From Desulfobacterales bacterium (GTDB lineage Bacteria > Desulfobacterota > Desulfobacteria > Desulfobacterales > UBA2174), in contig CAXXWC010000019.1 of NCBI GenBank assembly GCA_963668645.2, positions 512,001 to 576,000 of the forward strand: 64,000 nucleotides of DNA, given 5' to 3'. The notes beneath the pieces are model-generated. The model worked only from the letters and a program-made list of their open reading frames with translations, did not search any database and had not been told where the DNA came from. Below, piece by piece: positions 29,808 to 39,154 of this stretch; position 1 is the first letter of the stretch; the number at the start of each line of letters is the position of its first letter. The translations under genes were made by a program, and so were the position numbers.

Positions 29808-31970
29808 ATGGATTTCGACAAAGCATTCGAGAGCTTGACCGGTTTCTTGCCCATGCGATGGCAGGAGCGTCTTTTCAAGCGGTTTGTAGAAAACGATATC
29901 CCGAGTCTGTGCGATATCCCAACCGGTCTTGGAAAAACCTCTGTGATTGTTATTTGGCTCTTGGCCCTTATAGAGCAGGCGGAATCCGGCCTTGTTCGGT
30001 TACCACGGCGCCTTGTTTACATTGTAAATCGGCGGACAGTCGTAGATCAGGCTACAGAAACGGTAGAACAAATCCGCACAAGGCTATTGCATCCGGATCA
30101 CACAAAATGGCATGGACACGCAAACACCTTAAAAACAATCTCAAAGATTCTAAAAACGCTCTGCGTTACGCGGGACGTTCCGTTGGCGGTTAGCACGCTT
30201 CGGGGGGAACTTGCCGACAACGAGGAGTGGAAGGCCGATCCTGCCCGGGCGGCCATCGTTGTTGGGACGATCGACATGATCGGGAGCAAACTGCTCTTCA
30301 GCGGTTACGGCGATGGTCGTTACTACCGATCCCACCACGCCGGCCTGATCGGGCAGGACTCGATAATCGTTCACGACGAAGCCCACCTCACACCAGCCTT
30401 CAGCGATCTTCTCCGGGCTATCCGAAAGGAGCAGGAGCGAGAAGCGAAACGGAGCAGTGATGTCGGGGGAATCACCCGCCCTGTTCGAGTGATCGAGCTA
30501 TCCGCGACATCGCGCGGAGGTACAGACAATGGGTTTGAGTTGGACCAGGAAGACCTGGAAGATATAATTCCCAGATTGCGCCTTTTAGCATCCAAGCGGC
30601 TATACCTGCACCCAGCTGAAGATAACGACGTTGTCCCGCGGATTGTTGAACTCAGCAGAGCCTCCGGGAAAGTATCCCCCAAGATCCTGATCTACGTTCG
30701 GTCACCCGAGACAGCCAAACAGGTGGTGGAGAGGCTGGCGAGGGATCTTGAGAGTGGGGGCCGCAAACGGATCGCGTTGCTCACTGGTACGATTCGGGGG
30801 TACGAGCGAGATCTGCTCGTCGCCGAAAATCCAGTTTATCGCGCCTTTTTGGATCACACATGTCAGCCTGAAAGCCCGGTATATCTTGTCAGCACCTCCG
30901 CAGGCGAGGTTGGCGTTGATCTGGATGCGGATCATCTCGTATGCGACCTCACGACTCTCGATGCACTGATTCAGCGAATCGGCAGAGTGAACCGCTGCGG
31001 CGGGCCAAGTCGCAAAGCACGAATAGATGTCGTAGGGAAACCTCCGTCAGCCGACGATAAGACAGCGTTTCAAAAGGCGATCAGGAAGACATTCGCCCTC
31101 TTAGAGTCTTACGAAGAAGGAGTTGATGTAAGTCCGAATAACTTGCGTCGGCTGCTTAGCATCGCAGAAGCCGAATGGATAGAAACCGCTTTCTCCCCTA
31201 AGCCGAAAGCCCCAATACTGACCGACATCTTGCTCGATTTGTGGTCCCTGTCCAGTGTCCAGGTAATGCCAGGCCGCCCGGAGGTGGCGCCGTTCCTTCA
31301 TGGTTTCACCCACGATCCCCCTGAGACGATTATCGCCTGGCGCCAGGAAATTCGCCTGCTTGCAAAAAAGAACGTAGACCAAGAGGCTCTAAGCCTCTGG
31401 TTCCGCGCTTGTCGCATCGAAGCAAGAGAACGGCTCCGGGACGTGACAGACCGGGTGAAGAGAGGGCTTGAGAACCTGCTGAAAGAACATAGGCAGCAAG
31501 ATCGAAGCGCCGACTTCCCTGTTGTTCTTTTCAATGAGCGCGGCGAGGCTCACTGGTATCAACTATCCGAGATTGTCGGAAGCCATTTCAGCTTGGCCCA
31601 CCAAACGGTAGTTCTTCCAGTAGAGGTTGCCGGCCTCGACCAAAACGGAATGCTGGATCCAAAAGCGCTTAAGCCTCTTGATGGCGTCAGGCTCGATGTG
31701 GCGGAAAATGGCCCAAGCGACCAATCCAGGCAGAGATGGCTGAGGCGGGGAGTGGATGACACTGAACAGTTTGAGCGGCTGCTGACCGGTGAAACCTCTG
31801 AAGTGCTTCCAGATTATTTCAGGGAAAAGACGAGGATTCCAATCGCTCAACCCGAGGAGGACGAGATAGATTCCGAGAGGGTCGATCTGGTGTTGCTGGT
31901 ATCCCCCGGCCTTTCGGCATTGGAAAACCCAGAAACTGCCAGCGCCCGTCAGACCTTGGTTGCACAGTAA
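29808..31970 (+). pseudogene. cas3: Type I-G cas3, helicase part, truncated by IS66
   Basis: IPTGLGKT, VNRRTVVDQ, GTIDMIGS.LLFSGYG, DEAH, SAT, STSAGEVGVD, QRIGRVNR; the stop codon is supplied by the IS66 end. Confidence 0.92.
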
Positions 31971-32030
31971 GCGTTCGGCAAACCGCACCCCAACCGCCCG
32001 ATAAGCCTGGTTTCGCGTTCCGTCTGAAGT

Positions 32031-33575
32031 CTATTGAGAGCGGTTGTAGGGGAGCAGCTTGCGGTAATCTTCTTCGGTTTTTGCCAGCGGCAGGTTTTCG
32101 AACAGGTAGGTCAGATAATCGTACACCTTCCAGCCATTGGCCTTGGCGGTTTCGATCAGACTGTAATACACGGCGGCGGCACGAGCGCCGTCCGGGTTGC
32201 CGGCGAACAGCCAATTTTTTCTGCCTAGCACAAACGGTCGGATCGCATTTTCCGCCAGGTTATTGTCCGGCCGCAACCGGCCATCCTCAAGATAGCCGAC
32301 CAGGCGCTGCCAATTGTTGAGCGTGTAAAGAATAGCCTTGCCGAGCAGCCCTTTGGGAGGCGTCGCCAAGGTTTTCGCGTCCATCCAGGCCTTGAACTCG
32401 TCGAGAACCGGTTTGGCTTCCCGCTGGCGCAGATCGCGGATGGCATCCGAATCCAGCCCGGCTTCACGTGCCTTCTTTTCCACGGCGTACAGCCGGCCGA
32501 TATACTCCAGGGCCTGCTCAGCGCTGCCTTTGCGTTTGGCTCCTCCACGGGCCTTGATGACTTCGTCGAACTTGCGCCGGGCATGTGACCAGCAGCCTAA
32601 CAACACCACGCCTTCTTGCCTGCCCAATGCGTCATACCCGCTGTAGGCATCGCATTGCACATAGCCTTGGTATCCACTCAGATAGTCAAGCGGGATTTGC
32701 CCCGAACGGCTCGGATGATATTCGAACACCAATACCGGCCGGTCCGGCTGCCCTCCTCGAAACAGCCACATATAGGATTTGCTGGTGTCGGCCTTGCCCG
32801 GTTCTTTCATCACCTGAACCGTGGTCTCATCAACGTTCACCACCGGGCCGGATCGGATTTCCTGACCCATCAGGTCCATTAGCGGCCGGGCCAAGTCGGC
32901 CACCTTGATCAGCCAAGTGCACATGGTCGAACGGGGCAGGTCGATACCAATGCGCAAAAAGATTTTTTCCTGCCGATACAATGGCAGGGCGTCTTCGAAC
33001 TTGGAACAGACGATATGGGCTACCAGCGATCCGGTAGCAAACGACTTGGGGATCAGTTGGGGCGGCACCGGAGCGATCTTGACGGTCGGGCCATCATCTT
33101 CAACCCCATCACAGGTTTTGCAAGCGTATTTGGGGCGAATATGACGTTCGACCACCATCGTTGCAGGCGTATAACGCAGTTTCTCGCAGACCTCTTCGCC
33201 AATCTTGCAAAGCGACTGGCCGCAGACACAAACTTTCTCGGATTCATCCAGATCGTGAATAATGTCTTCGTGAGGCAGATCGGCCGGCAGTGGCTTGCGG
33301 ACCGGCTTGCGGCGTGTATGGCCTTCCACTGGCTGCCGGTCTTCGGGTTCATCGATCGCATCCAGTGGCTCTTCTTCAGATTCTTCGAAAAGAGAAAATT
33401 GACGACTGTCGGCAACAGATCTTTTCTCGGACTTTCTACCGAATATTTCGTTCTTCAACAACCGGTTCACTTCTTCCAAATGTTCAATCCGGCGCTGATA
33501 TTCATTGAGCAATGAAACGATGATTTGTTTGAGCTGAGCAGGATCATCAGGAAGGTTTTGGACATCAAAATTCAT
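32031..33575 (-). CDS. tnpC: IS66 transposase TnpC
   Basis: FGRKSEK, LPLYRQE, DETT, CWSHARRKF, DNNLAENAIR, GRKNWLF, SLIETAKANG. Confidence 0.96.
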   Translation of the reverse strand: MNFDVQNLPDDPAQLKQIIVSLLNEYQRRIEHLEEVNRLLKNEIFGRKSEKRSVADSRQFSLFEESEEEPLDAIDEPEDRQPVEGHTRRKPVRKPLPADLPHEDIIHDLDESEKVCVCGQSLCKIGEEVCEKLRYTPATMVVERHIRPKYACKTCDGVEDDGPTVKIAPVPPQLIPKSFATGSLVAHIVCSKFEDALPLYRQEKIFLRIGIDLPRSTMCTWLIKVADLARPLMDLMGQEIRSGPVVNVDETTVQVMKEPGKADTSKSYMWLFRGGQPDRPVLVFEYHPSRSGQIPLDYLSGYQGYVQCDAYSGYDALGRQEGVVLLGCWSHARRKFDEVIKARGGAKRKGSAEQALEYIGRLYAVEKKAREAGLDSDAIRDLRQREAKPVLDEFKAWMDAKTLATPPKGLLGKAILYTLNNWQRLVGYLEDGRLRPDNNLAENAIRPFVLGRKNWLFAGNPDGARAAAVYYSLIETAKANGWKVYDYLTYLFENLPLAKTEEDYRKLLPYNRSQ

Positions 33576-33642
33576 GGTAAATTCAATACCGTAAAGCCAC
33601 AAATTTGGCAATCTTTTTCTCGATTAAAAATAAAAAAATCTT

Positions 33643-33996
33643 TCATACCAGCGTTTCGTAGTGCAGCTCTTTATGCGCATGCCGCTGGCCAATCTCAAGC
33701 CCTTCCAACAGCCAACTCAACTGGCGAAGATCCAGTTCCATGACTTCGTCGGGGCGCTCCGGCCAGATGAAAAACTCCTTCTCCAAACGCTTGTGCCAGA
33801 GACAAAAACCGTTTCGATCCCAGTACAGGATTTTGATCATGTTCCGGCGCCGATTACAAAAGGCGAACAGGTGGCCGGAAAATGGGTCGAACTCAAGTCG
33901 ATCTTCGACCAGAATCGAAAGCCCATTGATGGCTTTGCGCATGTCAGTGCTGCCGGTCGCCAGGTAAATGCGGGTATGCGATGGCAAAAACATCAC
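33643..33996 (-). CDS. tnpB: IS66 accessory protein TnpB
   Basis: TDMRKAINGL, F.FCNRRR..IKILYWD.NGF.LW.KRLE. Confidence 0.96.
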   Translation of the reverse strand: MMFLPSHTRIYLATGSTDMRKAINGLSILVEDRLEFDPFSGHLFAFCNRRRNMIKILYWDRNGFCLWHKRLEKEFFIWPERPDEVMELDLRQLSWLLEGLEIGQRHAHKELHYETLV

Positions 33997-34337
33997 AGCC
34001 GCTCCAGCACGTGCAACAACTGCCGCAGGGCCACCGGATCAAAGTCACGCTCTACCTCGACACAATGGCTGGAGGAAACCACAAGCCGCAGCGGTCGGTG
34101 GTCCGTGGTGGTGATGGCCCCGGTCGCCACCGGAGGCAACTGAACCTCGACCAGGGAGATCGCAGTCGCGTCCGCACCCCGGTACTTTTTTCTCCAGTAG
34201 ATAAAACAGTGCAGCTTGAGTGAGTGCTGCCGGCAATATTCGCTCTGGTTCCGCCCGCTTCGTTTCCATCGCTCAACGTGCTGTCGCCAAAACCGCCGCT
34301 TGACCTCCAGAGCCTCTGCTCGTTGCTTCCGTGTCAC
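33993..34337 (-). CDS. tnpA: IS66 accessory protein TnpA
   Basis: W..HVERW.RSG..QSEYCRQH.L..F.YW HTH. Confidence 0.9.
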   Translation of the reverse strand: MTRKQRAEALEVKRRFWRQHVERWKRSGRNQSEYCRQHSLKLHCFIYWRKKYRGADATAISLVEVQLPPVATGAITTTDHRPLRLVVSSSHCVEVERDFDPVALRQLLHVLERL

Positions 34338-34434
34338 GATGATGCCTCCTTGGCTGAAATAGTCTACGGCCTACGGAGTCAACCTGTGACAAATTTCCAA
34401 GCGCTTGAGAAGATGCGGTTGCCCGGACGCTTAC

Positions 34435-34977
34435 GTTGCACACACTCAAACGATTACAGAAACGGTTGGAGCAATTGCATGTAATCTCGGCCTAACGCGC
34501 CTCCAGGAGACACTGGTAGCTGCAGCACGTTGGCATGACAGAGGTAAAGACAGGCCGGTTTGGCAGAGATATGCCCGAAACGATAGCAGAACAGAGCCGC
34601 TTGCAAAGGCTACACGTTACCTTCATCCTCGGGCGCTGGGCGGCTACCGGCACGAGTTCGGCTCGCTGCTTGAGGCGCTGGAGGATAACGGGCTAGAGGG
34701 AAATGCCAATCTTGACCTCGCGCTCCATCTAATTGCAGCACACCATGGTTGGGCTCGACCCCACTTCGATCCGCGTGCGTACGATAACACAAGAACTTCC
34801 TCTGATAACCAGAAGGCGGCTTGTGAAGTGATGCGCCGGTTCGGCCGATTGCAGGAGCAATTCGGCCGCTGGGGGTTGGCTTGGCTGGAGTCGCTTGTTC
34901 GCTGCGCCGACATAGCCGCATCCCGAAAAGCTATTGGAGTATCAGACATTCCAGCACCGTATAGGGAGGGGGAATGA
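34435..34977 (+). pseudogene. cas3: Type I-G cas3, C-terminal HD nuclease part
   Basis: VAH, WHDRGK, LAK, YRHEFGS, AHHG, LESLVRCAD; in frame with 29808 once the IS and one TSD are removed (897 aa). Confidence 0.92.
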
Positions 34978-35744
34978 ATTCGCCAAAAACGACTCTGAAC
35001 GTGCAAGTGGATGTTAGGAACCCTGGCCAGTTTTTCGCATGTTGCGGTCTGCTTGAGGTTGCTCATAGGCTCTGGCCCAAGGCGGAGGGGTGGTTTGAAG
35101 AAGACAACTTTATCGTCAAGGTTCAAGGGTTCGTTGGCGATTTCCCAGAGTCGTTATTCAGGGCACCTCTTGAATGTGAAGCAATCGCTGAATCCGATTG
35201 CGTACAAGATCTCAAAATTGCACCGGTGGTACTTGGTCCACCAATCTCCATGCGCCTTGACTGGTGGCTCCGTGAAGACGGAACGCCCAATTTATTTAAG
35301 ACCTGGGCAGCCAACGCCTCGTCATGTCAAATGTTCATGAAATGGCGCGGACCATTTAAGAATGTGCTGCTTCAGTCCGCATCTGAACTGGGCAGTTTAT
35401 TGACAACAAGCCAGTGGACTCAAGGTTCTTATGGCTTCGATAGTGACGTAGGATGGGATGCGCTGAAGGTCGGCTTTTCTCTTAATCAACATAAAGGGTT
35501 AAAGGATCTTCCAACCCGCCCGGCAATAGAACTCTTTGGCGCACTTGGGCTTCAGCGCTTCTTTCCAGCTTTTGACACTAAGAAGCAACTTGTGGAGTAT
35601 GCCTCGTGGAACGTTCCCCTGCGGGCTCCCGTTGCACGCTTGGCAGTTCTGGGTATGGCTCCGGTAGTCATTGAACACAGGTTGCAGACAAAATTTGTTT
35701 ATCGGGGAAGTTTCAAAGGCCTCGCCGCAGCAAACCTTATTTAA
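34974..35744 (+). CDS. csb3: Type I-G Csb3/Cas8u2-like large subunit (GSU0052-like)
   Basis: NPGQFFACCGLLE, LDWW, FKTWA, GFS, ELFGALGLQRF; sits between cas3 and csb1. Confidence 0.8.
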   Translation: MNSPKTTLNVQVDVRNPGQFFACCGLLEVAHRLWPKAEGWFEEDNFIVKVQGFVGDFPESLFRAPLECEAIAESDCVQDLKIAPVVLGPPISMRLDWWLREDGTPNLFKTWAANASSCQMFMKWRGPFKNVLLQSASELGSLLTTSQWTQGSYGFDSDVGWDALKVGFSLNQHKGLKDLPTRPAIELFGALGLQRFFPAFDTKKQLVEYASWNVPLRAPVARLAVLGMAPVVIEHRLQTKFVYRGSFKGLAAANLI

Positions 35745-35755
35745 GGAGCATTAAA

Positions 35756-36901
35756 ATGAATGACATCATGAATCAGTTCGATGGCTGGTTGAGCGACAAG
35801 AGTGAAGTGGCGGCGTTGACGATGCGCCAACGGTTGGTTCCAATCGAAGGAGAGGATGCGGTTTTTTTCCCCCCGACCTATCCGATTGATCAAAACAGGG
35901 CCGGATATAACATCGACCGATTCGATGACGGTTCCAGCGTCTGCCAAATCGACAGCGTTGGATCACAAGCCAACCGAATGGAGCCCCTATTCAGACAAAA
36001 GGCATACAAGCAGCTTGTACCACAGGTAGTGATAACGGCCGGTGAACGCACCGAACACATCCTTGAGGCCGGGCATCGTGCCGCCGACGCGATTATACGC
36101 TTCTCGACACTCCATCAAGGGATACATAAAGCCTTTCTTGCATATAGAGAAGGTGACGCAGAGCCATTGGCCAGAATAGCGCCCACCTCCATTATATTTG
36201 GCGCCTGGGACTCACGAGCGACGCAGGCCAAACTTCCACGCATCGTTCGATCTGTAATCCGTGCATACAATGTCAGGGAGCTGACTCGATCGGCCCAGTA
36301 TGCGACCATAGCGGGAGAAATTATGGCCAACGGTGAAGCGCAGGCAGTGGCACCCGGAGGCAAGGAGACCAAGGAATCGCAACTGGGCCTTGCCCATGTA
36401 CCAGCCGTCAAAACGCACGGCGGTGTGCAGTTGCAGGGTGAGAAAGGCCAAATTCGGAGAGAAGCTATCCTGAATCTATCAGCGCTCAGGACTGTGTCGG
36501 GGAAGAGGGACGATGAGACTCTAAAGATCCGCCGGTACTTACTTGGCCTTGCCCTGGTTAGTTTTACCGCACCAATGGAAACAAATCTTCGCGAAGGTTG
36601 TGAACTCGTGCCAGACCCCGAAAGGCCTGCGGCATGGAAAATGGTTCAGTACGATGGAACTCGGAAGGATTTTGCCATCAAACATGCAGACGCATTGGCA
36701 TTCGCCACTGCGTCTGCAAAGGCCTTTGGCGTGACTGGGCAACAGGTTGCCGGCGTTTTCGATCCGGAACTGGCTCATGAAGTGATGAAATTAAACGACA
36801 CAGATCGAAAGAAGATTTTTCGGCAGGGAGTGACCAAGGAAGCCATCGAACAACTCGGGAAAAAGGGCTCAAAGGCTAAAGGCTCCTCAAAAAGGAGTTA
36901 G
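35756..36901 (+). CDS. csb1: Type I-G Cas7 (Csb1)
   Basis: FPPTY, IDSVGSQANRMEP, HRAADA, FGAWDSR, NLREGC. Confidence 0.93.
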   Translation: MNDIMNQFDGWLSDKSEVAALTMRQRLVPIEGEDAVFFPPTYPIDQNRAGYNIDRFDDGSSVCQIDSVGSQANRMEPLFRQKAYKQLVPQVVITAGERTEHILEAGHRAADAIIRFSTLHQGIHKAFLAYREGDAEPLARIAPTSIIFGAWDSRATQAKLPRIVRSVIRAYNVRELTRSAQYATIAGEIMANGEAQAVAPGGKETKESQLGLAHVPAVKTHGGVQLQGEKGQIRREAILNLSALRTVSGKRDDETLKIRRYLLGLALVSFTAPMETNLREGCELVPDPERPAAWKMVQYDGTRKDFAIKHADALAFATASAKAFGVTGQQVAGVFDPELAHEVMKLNDTDRKKIFRQGVTKEAIEQLGKKGSKAKGSSKRS

Positions 36902-36922
36902 CAGAAACTGGGAGATAGAACG

Positions 36923-38353
36923 ATGAGTCACCATCTTTGCATGTCTGTTACGTTTCTCGACCCTCTTTTCCACGGAGCTGGCGACGAGGCGCCCGAATGG
37001 CCCCCCTCGCCTATGCGTTTTTTCCAGGCCCTGTTGGCAGGGTCTCGAACGGGTTGCCGCGGGCCTTATTGGAATGAAGCTAAAGCTAAGGCGTTCAGCT
37101 GGTTGGGAGGTTTGAAGGCGCCTCTCATCATTGCGCCTACCGCAAGCCGCTCAGTTCGATCCACGCTCTTCGTGCCCAATAACGACAGTGACGAACAGCC
37201 CGCCCGACAGGAGAGGCTGACGGGCAAGGAAGTTTGGCCCCATCGTCTTTTGGACGGCGATATTGTTTATTTCGTATGGCCACTTGAAATCGACACGGAA
37301 AGTAAGGCCAAGGCTGAAACTTTATGCCAAGAGTCGCGCAACCTGCTGGCATTGGGTTGGGGGATTGATTTAGTCGCAGGCAATGGCCGGATTCTTAACG
37401 ATACTGAGATTGCTTCGTTGCCAGGTGAACGCTGGCGCGCGTGGAATCGACAGGGGCCTGGAGTATCGGCTTGGCGCGTTCCAACAGGTGCATCTTTAGG
37501 TGACCTGGAAAGAGTGCACCAATCGTTCATGCAGCGGATCAAGGGGAATCGTTATAACCCGCCGCTAAAAACAAGGGCGTTCAAAACGGTTGAGTACCTG
37601 CGCGCCAAAACGCTTCCGCCTCGTTCCTATGCTGTTTTCGAGCTGCCTGATGGCGTTGCCTTCCGCCAGAAAGGGATTGCAGCAGTCGCAGCTATGCTAC
37701 GATCTGTTGCTTGCAGAAAAGCAAAGGCTGATACGCATGACTTTCCAGGCGGATCTGAAATCTATGTCGCTGGCCACCTGGAAAAACTTGAAGGAACACC
37801 GCCGCGCTTTTCTTACCTCCCGTTACCAACGATTGGACATCAACATGCCGACGGAATGATTCGTCGTCTGCTCATTGCTGAGCCTTTTGGCGGCGATGGG
37901 GTGCAGGCGCATTGGGCTCAAGACCGATTGAGAAACGCGGTTGTCCGAGACATCAATGGAAATGATCGCGGCGTCCTCCAAGATATCTGGAGGTCAACCT
38001 CCCGGCCGATGCTCCGCAAATATGTCGGGGAAGCACGTTGCTGGTGCAGTGTAACTCCTGTGATCCTGCCAGGACATGACGACAGGAAACAGTCAAAGGC
38101 CGAAAAACTTGTTCTCGCAGCCTGTGTGCAAGCCGATCTGCCAATAGAAGCGATTGAAGATCTGACAATTAGGAAGGCTCCTTTCTGGCCAGGATCTGCC
38201 AGTTCACAGCATTATATGGCACCAAATTACCTAAAGCACCTTCCAAGGTGGCACGTTAGCCTGAAATTCTGTGAGAATCTGCCGGGGCCTATATCTATCG
38301 GAGCTGGAAGGCATGCTGGCTTGGGGGTTTTGGCCGCCAGCGAAGATTCGTGA
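36923..38353 (+). CDS. csb2: Type I-G Csb2 (Cas5/Cas6 fusion)
   Basis: EWPPSP.R.FQAL, FVPNND, LGWG, SVTPVILPG, GPISIGAGRHAGLG G-loop. Confidence 0.93.
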   Translation: MSHHLCMSVTFLDPLFHGAGDEAPEWPPSPMRFFQALLAGSRTGCRGPYWNEAKAKAFSWLGGLKAPLIIAPTASRSVRSTLFVPNNDSDEQPARQERLTGKEVWPHRLLDGDIVYFVWPLEIDTESKAKAETLCQESRNLLALGWGIDLVAGNGRILNDTEIASLPGERWRAWNRQGPGVSAWRVPTGASLGDLERVHQSFMQRIKGNRYNPPLKTRAFKTVEYLRAKTLPPRSYAVFELPDGVAFRQKGIAAVAAMLRSVACRKAKADTHDFPGGSEIYVAGHLEKLEGTPPRFSYLPLPTIGHQHADGMIRRLLIAEPFGGDGVQAHWAQDRLRNAVVRDINGNDRGVLQDIWRSTSRPMLRKYVGEARCWCSVTPVILPGHDDRKQSKAEKLVLAACVQADLPIEAIEDLTIRKAPFWPGSASSQHYMAPNYLKHLPRWHVSLKFCENLPGPISIGAGRHAGLGVLAASEDS

Positions 38354-38381
38354 TTGCATTGTAAAATGGCCAGATGGAAAA

Positions 38382-38462
38382 CCCCTCTCCCTCGGCTACG
38401 CCAGCCATTTCGGAATGGGGCTGTTCGCGGTGTCGGACTCTGTCAGCCCGAAAGGACAATAG
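38382..38462 (+). pseudogene. C-terminal remnant of a second, different csb2
   Basis: Reads PLSLGYASHFGMGLFAV..stop, a Cas6-type Gly-rich terminal loop, 28 nt after the complete csb2. Confidence 0.7.
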
Positions 38463-38526
38463 GACCAATAAGTCTTATAGGCCATATCGGCAAAAACCCT
38501 TCACCGGCAAAGGAGGCGGAACCATC

Positions 38527-39102
38527 ATGACCGAAAAAAATTCCCCCGGTTTGATCCCGCCCCATGGAGGCTACCAGGAACTTCAGTCCTTCAAGATGGC
38601 TGAAATCGTTTATGACGCCACGGTGGCGTTTTGCGACCGCTTCATCGACCGCCGTTCGCGCACTCACGATCAGATGGTGCAGGCGGCGCGCAGCGGCAAG
38701 CAGAACATCGCCGAGGGAAGCATGGCTTCGGGCACCTCCAAAAAGACCGAGCTGAAACTGGTGGGGGTGGCTCGCGCCAGCCTGGAAGAGCTTTTACTGG
38801 ATTATAAGGATTTCCTGCGTCAGCGGGGACTGCGTCTCTGGCCCAAAGACCACCCTCGCTCCCGATCGACCCGCGCCCTGTGCTACCGCCAGGATAGGTC
38901 CTATTCGACCTATAGGCCATATATCGAAAACGCGCCGCCCGAGGTGGCCGCCAATACCGTTGTATGTGTCCTGCACCAGACCAATTTCCTGTTGGACCGT
39001 CAGCTTCGCACCCTCGAAAATGCCTTCGTGGAAGAGGGCGGGTTCACTGAAAGATTGTATCGCACCCGCACAGAAGCGCGTCGCAAGAAACGTTTTGATT
39101 GA
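38527..39102 (+). CDS. Four-helix-bundle protein with suffix domain (IVS/Avd-like family)
   Basis: HGGY..L.SF, RTHDQMVQAARSGKQNIAEGS, ARASLEELLLDY.DFL, EGGFTERLY. Confidence 0.9.
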   Translation: MTEKNSPGLIPPHGGYQELQSFKMAEIVYDATVAFCDRFIDRRSRTHDQMVQAARSGKQNIAEGSMASGTSKKTELKLVGVARASLEELLLDYKDFLRQRGLRLWPKDHPRSRSTRALCYRQDRSYSTYRPYIENAPPEVAANTVVCVLHQTNFLLDRQLRTLENAFVEEGGFTERLYRTRTEARRKKRFD

Positions 39103-39154
39103 AATACCGAAACCGAGGTGCCGGAACTCATGTAGCAATTTTTAGGGGGCCGAA

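Larger units (their letters stand above)
31967..34434 (-). mobile_element. Complete IS66-family element (2468 bp)
   Basis: Terminal IRs GTAAGCGTTCGGCAAACCGCA / TGCGGTTGCCCGGACGCTTAC; 8-bp TSD GTTGCACA at 31959-31966 and 34435-34442; tnpA-tnpB-tnpC. Confidence 0.97.

Noticed and set aside
33643..33996. TnpB as an RNA-guided nuclease, or a CRISPR-associated transposon
   Set aside because: IS66 TnpB is a 117-aa accessory protein unrelated to IS200/605 TnpB; no tnsABC/tniQ genes are present; the IS simply disrupts cas3
38527..39102. Diversity-generating retroelement suggested by the Avd-like gene
   Set aside because: No reverse transcriptase or TR/VR pair seen in the window
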